DNA from: Bugula neritina
Lineage: Eukaryota; Animalia; Bryozoa
NCBI GenBank assembly: GCA_964035545.1
Contig: OZ037771.1
Location: 5,055,190-5,119,189, forward strand
Direction of reading: 5' to 3'
DNA: 64,000 nucleotides
The notes under the pieces were generated by a model, which saw nothing but the letters and a program-made list of their open reading frames with translations, ran no database searches and was not told the origin of the DNA. Each line of letters starts with the position of its first letter. The stretch's first letter is position 1. Made by a program: the position numbers and the translations under genes. Shown here in pieces: positions 22,501 to 33,677 of the stretch.

Positions 22501-25500
22501 AAATGATAATAGTAGTCCCAGCATACTAACTCTCCAGTAATAAAGTGGATATTATTCTTAAACAAACTTCCCACCCTTTTCGCCTAGACCAGTGGTTCCC
22601 AGCCTCGAGGGAATTCTCCCCTAGAGGGGAGGTTGGGCTTTTTAGGGGGGGGGGGGTGGATTTAGATTTTAGGAAATTCACGCAGTTTATTGAAGGCTTT
22701 TTTGAGCCCTTGCATGTTACATGTACATGCATATCTATAAACCTTCATCTTAGTTAATCTATTTAACCAAACCATATTCTGCAATCTCAGTTTACTTCAA
22801 CATGAATGTGTTTATTAATTACTCTACCCTGATTGTTCTCTGAACTACTTTGAATCGATGTCAAAAAGTTTGCAAAAACCAATGGGCCAACTTTAAGCAA
22901 GCCAATCTCTATAATATACCATACATACATAATACAAGTATCAAAGCTAGTGACTATATTTGCTACACTAAATAATCTGAACCTAAAAATACAGGAGTGC
23001 AATCATCTTATCATTGCTTTGCATTGCAGCATCAATGTTTTCAAAGTTACACTAAAGTTGTGGCATCTATCAAAAATATGGTGTCTTTCCCCACACTCCA
23101 TGAACTATTTTAGGAAAAGAACCTGTTCTGATGTCAAGTAAAACCGGCACACTGGTGTTAAATTTACTCAAACCCCCCATGCTGAACCCGAAACCCTCCA
23201 TCTTAAACCCCCAACCCCAATTCTTTAACTTTAATATTGAAAATGTACCATTTTTACCCAATTTTCCATTTGTTTCACCACTACCTGCGCCGCTACTACC
23301 TGCGCCACTACTACCTGTGCCACTTTTACCGAACACCACTTGTTCCAGGTTCTTTCTCCAAAAAACTTCTGCGGATCTCTCTGAACTTTTATTGGAGTTT
23401 TAAAAATATTTTTCTGAGCTACCTCTCAAAAAGAAAGAGCTAGATTCTTAGCTTGACAAACATGTGATCCATTGCAACGTTCTGTTAAAAGAATCCAGAA
23501 GAATTACAAGAGGATTTCATTGAGTTGGTTTACAATTCAGCAATGAAGGTTGATTTGAAATCTTCTTTAATTGATGTATTGTGGGTGGTGTCTGGTATAA
23601 AAGGCACAGGTAAAAATGGCAAAAATTAAAGAGTGTGTAAAAATGGCACATTTTCAATGTTGGGGTGAGCGGTTTGGAGTTTGGGGATGGGATTTGAGGT
23701 GAGATTTTGGGTTTGAATACAAGTTGGAGGTTTTGGTTTGGGGTTCAATTTTGATGGCCGGAGTTGGGGTTTGGGACAATTTACCATCAGTGTGCCAGTC
23801 TTACCTACTTCTCCATTTGTGCCATGTTCACCTAAAATCATTTTGGGTTTTAACAAGCAAACTCTCTCCACACGTAGCTGAAAAAGCAGAGTTTTGGTGC
23901 CACCCAGCGCCATCTTTCCAAGGGAGGTAGGATTCTCATTAGTTCAAAGAGAAGAGAAACTGCCCTCATCTGCAGAGTGAATTAAGATGGGCATGGCCAA
24001 AAACAGCAATGCAGACTTATGCAAGCTGGCACAAAAGAATCATTATAAATTGAACTGCTCCTTGTTCTATACATGCATAACATAATAATAACGATAATAT
24101 AACTACTATTATAATTATATTTTAATAGAACAAACTATATTGTATTGTATCCTATATTATCATCATGTCAGTCATGAAACTTTTTTTGCTTTATGAAAGG
24201 GGGGAATTAATACGGTAGTCAACATTTATTAAAGGGGGGAATAGTAGGAAAAAGGTTGGGAGCCATTGGCCTAGACCACCCTCATTTCCTGTTGGATTAT
24301 ATTGTATGTTTCCATTTGTCAGATTCTTCATATCCATTATACCATTGATTCTTATGCATTGGAGTTGAAGCTAATATCACCATCTTTGCTGCAAACATCG
24401 CAATACCACTGCAGACGTTTTTCCTCATGTTTATAGACATACATTTCACCCCAACCTGTTATCTAATCACATCATTGTCCTTATGCTCCTCATAAATTAT
24501 CCTAAAGATGTGCCTGGACATTCTCATTTATGCTGTCACCATTCTGATGGATTATAGTCACAATTTCATTCTATTAATATCTAATAATCGTCTTTTTCTT
24601 GTTTTAGCAACTTGTATCTAGGTATATATAGGTTCTTATAGGTATATAAGTGTATAGGTTCTTTGCTTCCATCTCTTGTAGGTATTCATAGACTGTCCCA
24701 TACGCCTTCTCTTTGGCTGTTACAATTTTGTTTGTCGTCAGTTTTTTCGTCTCTCCGTATACTTTCTCTGTGATGTTTCCCTTCTCTTCATCGTCACTAC
24801 ACCTAGAATTTTTCCATTTTTTGAATACTTTTTACTTTCCATTACAAACTACAGGATGTCAGCATTGCGCAACCAGGACTCTTTCTATATATTTACCACA
24901 TGTTGAAACTACCTATTCTCTTTTGGCTATCCCTACTGCACACAATTAACTGGCAATCCATACTTACAAAGCAACACTATAGAATAAACTCACAGTATGT
25001 TTAACATAGCATTCCTGAAACTTGTATAATTATAGTCATGGTATATTGTATGTATATTACAGTCTCTCCCAACTCACACATCTACACACATTATATGTGT
25101 CTTATAATAAGTTGGGAACATTACCTGAGGTGATACCAAAGATGGAGTCACTTACAAAGCTACGTCTATGGAACTGTGACTTACATACATTACCAGACAG
25201 GTGAGTCATAACATGTTCACTGCTTTTACATAAACTGTAGAGATTAGTATAATATTAAACACAACTTTTCACCTTTCTCACCTAACTGACTATAGTCCTG
25301 CAAGGTAGCTGTTCTGCAATCTCCCAGCTCAATCACACTCGGCTGTGGACTTCTTCTTGCTTAAGGCTCCAATACTTCTTGATATATTTTATAGTATGTT
25401 CCCATTTGTCAGATTTTTAATATCTCCATATACCATTGATTTTTATACATTATAATTGAGGTTAATATCCTCATCATTTCTTTTTTGCAAATATGCAAAT

Positions 25501-28500
25501 ACCACTGCAGAAATTTTTTCATCATGTGTGTAGGTTTTCGTTTCACCTCAGTCTGTTATCTAATCACATCATGTTCAACGTGCTCCTCGTAAGTTATCCC
25601 AAAATTGTGTCTCATTTCTACTGTCTTCATCCCGTCTTCCATCCCATGAGTAACTGACCAGGTTTCATTACCATACAGAATGGATATTCTAAACAGAAGT
25701 ACTGTATGTTTAGTTGATACCTTCTTATCACACAGCACTTCTGAGAGATCCTTCCACTTGTCCCAAGCCACTCCAATCCTCCTAGCTACTTCAGGGCCAC
25801 AACCCACCATTCTGATTTATTATAGTTGCAAGACATTTGAAAGCACTAGTCTCAGGCAGAGCACTGTAGTTATCTCAGTCATAGTATTTTTTCTTCTCCT
25901 TGTTATCTATTCTCACTGGTAGCATGTACTCAGTCTTGGTTCTGCTCAGCTTTAGTCCAGCATCTTCTAATTTCCTTTTCTCTGTTCTTCTAACCTATCA
26001 CTCTATTTGCCTATCCATTGCACAGCATTACATCATCTGCAAATTGCATGGCCCATTGGCAGTGGCCGAGAAGCTTGAAGTTTGGAACAGCTAGGAGGGT
26101 CATTATAGTTCCAAGTTCCAAGTCTCAGGCAGTTAGCTGTGTTTTTCTTGGTCCTTATTTTTGTTCTTCACCTTATATAACCTCGCAAAATGTTTAACAT
26201 AATATTCCTGTAACTTGTATAATTATAGTCATGGTATATTGTATGTATATTACAGTCTCTCCCAACTCACACATCTACACACATTAGATGTGTCTGGTAA
26301 TAAGTTAGGAACATTACCTGAGGTGATACCAAAGATGGAGTCACTTACAGAGTTATATCTAATGAAGTGTGACTTACATACATTACCTGACAGGTGAGTT
26401 ATATTAGTTATATATGTTCTACCATTATGTAAACATATAAAATATCATATATGATCATCTATTTTATATAAACTATAGAGATTACTAAGTTTGAATAAAT
26501 CTGATTGTAGCTTGCCATATATTATATGGTCATGTGTAAAAGTTTTGACACCCCCAACTTGTTTACCAGTTTATATCTTTGTTTGCAATTTCCGAAATTT
26601 ACATGCTAAAAATATTTAAATATATATTGAAACTTATTGGCTGAGCTACAACTCTAGATAATTTTTAACTGTATAACATAAGCTTGGCTATAAAAAAGTG
26701 CTAAAAAGCCCTTTACCATCAAATTTTTGCACTGAAAAATGATTTTGTGGGATTTTAAATTTTCTCTTTATTTGGTTAGCAAAATGAAGAAGATTGTAGA
26801 ATGAGATGTCATTTGTGTGTGAAAAGATTCTTGCACATAACATGTCAGTGTTTCAGCGTGAGTGAGTAACTATTAGTACCAATGACTGCTAGGCAGTAGG
26901 CTGACATATTCTCCACTAGCACAGCTGACTTTGTGGTTTATCTAACATTCTGTACCTGCATTGATGGCAGTTCTAGCTAAACTGACCATGTCAGTTGGTT
27001 TTATCTCAGCTACTTTTCTTTGTATTATCTATAAATTTGTTTTAACTTTTGCATGGGCCACTGAAGTACTTGAACTCTCTCTCTTTTACTAGGAAAGTAT
27101 GGTAGAAAGTAAAATTTTTTCTACTTTGTCTAAAGTTGCTTTTTTCTGCACAATCTCCACAAAGCTGGCAGCATGAATTAACTTATCAGAAAATTTTATT
27201 TTACCAGGTATTTCCATGATGTAGTAAGTTTCGTGAGCCTATTATAAGTATGAAATCACCAATGTCCTAACATTCTAAAAATCACTCCCCAGTTTCCTAT
27301 AATGCTGCAAAACCAAACCCAATTGTTTCTGTCTTTTAGTACTTCTTCGTTTGATGACTGCTGTCTGCTAAAATTTTGTCTTCCACCACTTACCATAACG
27401 AAGTGAAGTTTGAGTTTAGAGAAATAGTAGAATTGTGAGGTATATTATGTCATTGCTGCTTACTCAGTCTGTAATACAGTTAGATTTTAAGTTGCACAAT
27501 GTTTGTTCCCAGGTTGAAACTTTGTAAATATTTATTTACAATACAGTACTTTGACTTGAATGTACAATGGCATGAAGGCAAAAATTAACCTAAATGGATA
27601 AAGAACACTTGAAAATTTACTTCATATTAGGAACTCCTTTGAGCAAATATAGTTTATCCATTTAATATTATTAGAATATTATTTAAAATTATTTAAACTT
27701 GTTTAGTTAGATTAGAAGACAACATACAACACCATATGCAACATTTTGGCATTATTTTAAGTCTTTCAGAGTATTGAGAAATTGAAAATCCTGTTTAGCC
27801 ATTTATCAAAGCTGCAAAAAGTGCATGGGGGTGTCAAAACTTTTACGCATGGCTGTAATAGTTTTGCAATAATACAATTTCCATATATTGCAATTGTATT
27901 ATTGTAGTACAAAAGTTTTCAAATGTAATAAAATTTGCAAATTATAAATCAATATTCAATTTTTTTCACTGTAGTGGTTTTACTGTTAAGTCAAATAATC
28001 ATTCTAGTCTATATTTTCAGTTTGGCCTGTGTTCTAGTCATTTACAACAGTTGTGCTGTCAAACACTATTTATCTCCAAGGCTATGTTAGATACTCAACT
28101 ATTATGCATTTAATCAAGTTTTACTTTTACACATAATACATTTGATATAGAATAATACTAAAGTTATATATTATATACTTACTTGGTAGTGTTGGTCAAC
28201 TCAAGAATCTCCGACACCTAAACTTGTCAGGCAACTCTCAGATGACATCTTTAACTGCTCAACTTCTCAACATGCCTAATCTGACTAAACTGGAATGCAG
28301 GGACTGTAAATCACTCACATCTCCACCTTATGCTGTGTGTAAAGATGGACTACCTGCGATCACACAGTATTATAAAGATCTTAGGTCCGGTGGTCATGTA
28401 GAAGTTTCTGAAGCTGCTGTCGCTTTAGTGGGTAGATCTTTGTCTGGCAAAACCAGCCTAATAAAAACGCTGGTGAGATCAGATGGCAAAAGGGAATTAA

Positions 28501-31500
28501 CCAATAGAGCGGCTGATGCAGTGGAAGATGAAACAACTCGTGTCTTCAATATGGAAAAGTTAGTGGTTGGTGACAATGTTCTTCAGTTCATAGATTTTGG
28601 TGGTAATGAAATCTACCAATCTACGTACCAGTTCACATTGAAACAGAACTGTATTCCTATTGTGGTTGTGAATCTAAAGCAGTTTGAAGAGCTTTGTTTA
28701 GAGGTGAATGGTAATGAAGCAGTTCGATGCACATATTTTGATTGGCTCTCACATTTGTACCTGGCCAATTCCAGACTCAGAGCACCCAAACTGGTTTTCA
28801 CTCACCGAGATGCTTACAGTGCAGATGGATTTAAGGAGCTAAAAAGGCTGTTCTTTTTCCACACCAAAAGTGTATTCAATTTGATACAACTAGAAGAAAA
28901 TTCTCAAAAGAATTATCTTCGTTCTTTCACAGGATTATCTCATTTTCATCGCCAAGAGATGTTTCAAGAACAAGATATATATGTTGTGGGTGATGAATAT
29001 GAAGAGGTGTTTGATCAGCTGAGAAGTCATATCATATCTGACAGTAGACTAGTCGTGAAGAAGGTGCCTACTCTGTGGAGAAAAGTTGCTCAAACATTCA
29101 ACTCATTCCATGGAAGTTACAAGACATTTCCAGAAGTGCTTCAACATGTTATTGAATGCAAGTTGGAAAGTGAAGACCAGCTGAGAGTGATTCTGTCGTA
29201 CATGCATAACAGCGGCCATCTCATTTGGTACCAGGATAGGGAGAGTTTGCAGTCTCTGGTATTCTACGACATCTCTGTGGTTACAAAGCTGCTCCACGTA
29301 TTCTTCACTCACGAGAAGGAAGTGTGGAGCAATCGACGGTCAGCGATTGAAGAGGATTCACTTGACAATCCGTTGATAGAAAATGAAACAGAGTTTAATA
29401 ATTTGGCTCAAGAGTTTGTTCAAACTGGCAGAATGAGTGAGCAGCTGTTTCAGCATCTTCTGATAGCAGAGACCAGCTTCACCACGAGTGACAAGATGAA
29501 GGTGGCAGTCGCATTGCTGCAATCTTTCCAGTTGTTATTCAAGATGAAGGATTCATCCCGGAAACTAAGTTACACTATGCCATACTTCTCACAGGAGTAT
29601 TTCAGCGACTTGACTGCCTCCAGGAGACAACCTGTAAAGCTGTCTGTAGACATGGTGTTTGGTGGCCTGACTCCCCCTCAGTACGTTTACCACCAGGTTT
29701 CTGTAAAACTTCTCAATGATATCCAGGATTGTAGTGAAAAAGCTGTGAAAAAGAATGGAGTGGAGCTGAGAGACGAAGCTTACACCCTGCAGTTGCTGCA
29801 TGACTACAAATCTTGTAAACTCAGTATCTCCGTAACGTCTGCTTGTCGACAGATAGGCAATGCTTGGAGGATGTTGACCACTTCAGTTCATTCAACCGTA
29901 AAGTACGTCAACTTATGGTGGGGAGCAAGTAAAATCACCTGTATCAACTTGTGTGCTCACTGCCCATTGGTTGGAGAAAAGCGACCAAAGAGGTTCATCA
30001 ACCCACCCTGGTGTCGACCTCCAAAGTATGGTGAATCCCTTCCCATGATTTCAGATTCATCACCTGGTAGATGTGGAAAATACAGAGATACCCCAGCTTG
30101 TCTTTTACACCCAAGTTAGTATGATTGTCTTCTGTTGGGTTATTTATAGAATGTTTAGATGGCGATGTACTGTCCAAGTAATAGCAACCTCCATAATTCA
30201 TACTTATATTGCAGTTTTTCAGCTTTCTGGAGATGAGCTGCAGAAACTGAGTGACTTTGTGAAGACCAACTTCAAGCCACCAGGTATCTTGAGTTAAACT
30301 TACTTCTTGTGAACTGATTAAAGATAACTTTCTTCCTTCCTGATTCTCCATGTTTGTTATTGACAGTTGAAGTTGTTCCTGTAGGTTGTTGGTTTCATTA
30401 CATTTCTGTGAGCTGTTTATGTGATGTTTCCTGTACATGTAGATAATATTGGACACAGTAGAGCTGATACTCATACTGTTGGTACTGATGATGTACTGAG
30501 TGATGTTTCGGATGAAGAAGAAGGTTCTACCTCCACTTCAGAAGATCTTACCAAGTTGACACTAGTTCCTACTACTAATCAGAGTATCAAGTCTCTCTTC
30601 ATCAACACTTCAGAGGTTTGTATGTCATGTTGAATACTCTATAGCCTTGGCTCTCCTCTCTGTTATCTCTGTATAGCCTTGGCTCTCCTCTCTGTTATCT
30701 CTGTATAGCCTTGGCTCTCCTTTCTGTTATCTCTGTATAGCCTTGGCTCTCTTTTCTGTTATCTCTGTATAGCCTTGGCTCTCTTCTCAATTGTCTCTCT
30801 ATAGCCTTGGCTCTCCTCTCTGTTATCTCTGTATAGCCTTGGCTCTCCTTGAGCGTTGACGCAAAAGTTTTTCTGTCCAATAGAAAGCCGCCGCAACATT
30901 TTTGAATCAAGCAGCGCTTGATCCTAACGTACCACAATGCCATACAGGAAGCTCAGACATTTGTAAAAATGGCTGATATTTACTGTTACGGCCTACGGTA
31001 CGGTAAGTATGAATGATGGTCACTAATCTATGGAACAAACTGCCAGGTTGTACTTTCAATTTTCCCAGTACTGTTTGGGCTAGCACCTGTGTTAAAGCCA
31101 CACAATATGTCCGAAACCATATTAGTCTACTCATGGATGATTTTTAACTCATTATTCTTCAGTTGCTTATAATATGAGATGAATAAGTACTAAACTAATT
31201 ACATAGTGTGTATCTACAGATATACAAGATGACGAGTCCATTCAGAGGAAGAGCTCTGATTATAAACAACAACAAATATAGAAATATAGGACAGAGACTT
31301 GGCTCTAGTTATGATGTTGACAACACATTTGCTCTGTTCAGGAAGATGAGTTTTGAGGTTGTGAAGCAGAAGGATCTCACAGCTGAGGTATATTTCTATT
31401 TACTTGTAGTTGTCTCCCTTTTCTTATCACATAGTGTGACTAGTTATTAGTGGTAAATGTTTCCTTTCAATGTTATAATAGCCTGCAGACTTGTCTATTG

Positions 31501-33677
31501 AATCAGTTATTAAGTTCGGGAAATGCAGAATCTTCGCTTTTAGGCCAACTTTTGTTTCACGGAGCTAACTTCCTAGAGGCTAGTACGAGATGTGACAAAT
31601 ATGCTTGCTTGAGTTTGTATATTGTGTGTGTTGTGTTATATTCATATTATACAGGAGATACTCCAGTGTATTCAATCAGAGACAAGAGATGAGATTCATA
31701 ACACTTATGGTATGTTCTTCCTGTTTCTGTTTGCACACGGAGCTAATGGAATGATTCATGGAGTTGACTCACAGCCAGTCTATCTAACACAGATCTACAG
31801 TCTCATTAACTCTACAAATTTTCCCAACATGGCCGGCAAGCCTAAAGTTGTGGTTATTCAGGCGTGCAGAGTTGGTGAGTGTAGATATGATACGAGTAAG
31901 AATATATTATACTATTGTAATACTGTATTATATGATACTCTAGTGTTCATACATATACATATAATACTGGTTGGTATATCACATGTGTTACTGATCAATC
32001 AGGTAACTCAGTCAGTCAAACTGAACAGAATATTCAACAGAGTACCAACTCCTCCTCACCAGAACTTTCTGCTCTCAGAACTCATCAACAGGCAGCTGAG
32101 ACTTCAACTGGACAGAGGAACTTTGATGTTGACGACCTTCTAATCCTTCACTCCTGCTTTGAAAGTAAGAATTTTGTCCACCGATAGAAACCAATATTTC
32201 TTGCATCATTTTTAGGATTGGCATAATTTTATTGAGAAATTTAACTCAGGGTGTTATTGGCCAAAATCGGCCATAAATTTTCAAACAGCAAATCCATTAT
32301 TCAATTGAAAGTTGGTAACAAATAGAATAATATTGCAAGTAGCAGCTGTGCTGTGCTGTCTAATCACATGACCTTTCATTAACCTGAACTGAGTACATAG
32401 AGTATTTGTGTGTGAATTACAGTATCTAGTTTTCATGTAATCTGTGAAACACCAGTCTGTACAGTTTTTACTCTACTGCCGAGTATTTGTTTTCCAGCTG
32501 AATATTTTTAATTTAAACTCTTTAAAATTCCTTAACAATTCAGAGCCTTCTCTGGGCTTTAGAGTACATTTCACTCGAATAATGTGTCGCAACTCCCAAT
32601 AGCCAATCAGGTAGCTGTGAAACCCATCATTCAACTTTCTCAAGATATACCTTTTGTTGCAGAGCTCGTAAAATTATCAAATTTTCTTTTTGTATTTCTC
32701 ACTAGTTTTACTGCAATGTCTCCCTCACTGTTACTCTACATTGTATAATATTTACTATTTAACTCATTGTATTATGTTAATAGACAGTGCATCCATGAGA
32801 TTTCATGATGGTGGGTCATTATTAATAAGAACACTTGTCAGGACTTTACACAGACATGGCTGTCATCGTGATCTTGCTGACTTATTTGATATTGTGAGTA
32901 ACTTCCTGTGACATCATATCCTATTTAGAAGAGGCTGTTTTCGTATTAGTTGGTGTGGTGTAGTCATAGTAGTATAGGTGTAGTGACTAGTTATAGTATA
33001 GTCATAGTATAATATAGTCATAGTATAATATAGTCATAGTATAATATAGTCATAGTATAATATAGTCAAAGCATAATATAGTCATAGTATAATATAGTCA
33101 TAGTATAATATAGTCGTAGTAATATATAGTCATAGTATAGTATAGTCATAGTATAATATAGTCATAGTATAATATAGTCATAGTATAATATAGTCATAGT
33201 ATAGTATATTCATAGTAATATATAGTAATTCTCACACAAATAGGATCTTTCCTTCACAAATATTTTACAATATACTATAATCATACTATATTATAGTCAT
33301 GATACACTGTAGTATAGTAATACCATCACAGTATATTATGGTGTTAGTTATATAGTCTCCACTTTATTCAATATCAATATAATTGAATTTATTATAGATA
33401 TGCTATTTGTATATATAATTTTGCTATTCACAAATACAGTTTTCTCTAGTAGATGAATTTACAGATGCGATACATTCTAACTCTTGCTGTGGTGTCAGTA
33501 ATACTGACCAATGTTTACCTGATTATGAAATATTTAAAGGTACAAGAAAGAGTTAGGAAAATATCAGGTAACAGATCCGACTCAGAAGGTACTGTAACAC
33601 AGACTCCTGTGGTTATAAAAACTCTCACTGGTAGAAGGAAGATTTACTTGTTTCCTTTATTCTATGGAGAGTGGTAG
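19563..33677 (+). CDS. LRR-Roc-COR-caspase gene, copy 2 (complete model, ~1224 aa, 3 LRR cassettes)
   Basis: Exons 19563-19623, 20278-20512, 22067-22204, 25063-25200, 26256-26393, 28190-30114, 30215-30283, 30443-30615, 31220-31387, 31655-31874, 32003-32164, 32784-32893, 33540-33677. Total 3675 nt, all junction phases compatible. The first two coding exons are less certain. Confidence 0.85.
22067..22204 (+). CDS. 138-bp LRR exon cassette (2 x 23-aa LRR), copy 2 #1
   Basis: tacAG|...|GTgag, phase 2-2; LSQLTHLHTLDVSGNKLGTLPEVIPKMESLTELHLQRCDLHTLPD. Confidence 0.9.
22590..24268. mobile_element. hAT (Buster/Charlie-type) non-autonomous transposon in a copy-2 LRR intron
   Basis: TIRs CAGTGGTTCCCA...TGGGAGCCATTG; 8-bp TSD GCCTAGAC (22582-22589, 24269-24276) with central TA; single GCCTAGAC at the empty site in copy 3 (~47792). 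Confidence 0.88.
24290..26050 (-). mobile_element. RTE LINE fragments in LRR introns (~24290-24950 and ~25300-26050, either side of the 25063 exon; the first also at ~47800-48450)
   Basis: AWDKWKDLSEVLCDKKV...ILYGNETW...EMR remnant in ORF 25556-25810. Confidence 0.6.
25063..25200 (+). CDS. 138-bp LRR exon cassette, copy 2 #2
   Basis: Same splice context; LYVSYN...LTKLRLWNC. Confidence 0.9.
26256..26393 (+). CDS. 138-bp LRR exon cassette, copy 2 #3
   Basis: Same splice context; LDVSGN...LTELYLMKC. Confidence 0.9.
26527..27855. mobile_element. Old Tc1/mariner-like element
   Basis: TIRs ..TAAAAGTTTTGACACCCCC / GGGGGTGTCAAAACTTTTACGCATGGCTG, TA flanks; paralogous to 49605-50891. Confidence 0.7.
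28190..30114 (+). CDS. Last LRRs + Roc GTPase + COR exon, copy 2
   Basis: 631-aa ORF, close paralogue of 9435-11347 with the same G motifs. Confidence 0.92.
30642..30849. repeat. 32-bp intronic minisatellite, copy 2
   Basis: About 6.5 units. Confidence 0.85.
31220..33677 (+). CDS. Caspase p20+p10 exons, copy 2
   Basis: AHG and QACRV intact; p10 has SMRFHDGGS. Confidence 0.9.
32985..33228. repeat. 16-bp minisatellite (TAGTCATAGTATAATA)n; also ~14635-14720, 56415-56447 and 57094-57220
   Basis: Directly visible tandem units in the last intron of each copy. Confidence 0.85.

Noticed and set aside
23070-23930. Pro/Gly-rich ORFs as genes
   Set aside because: They lie in low-complexity repeats inside the hAT insertion and have no splice or protein-family support.
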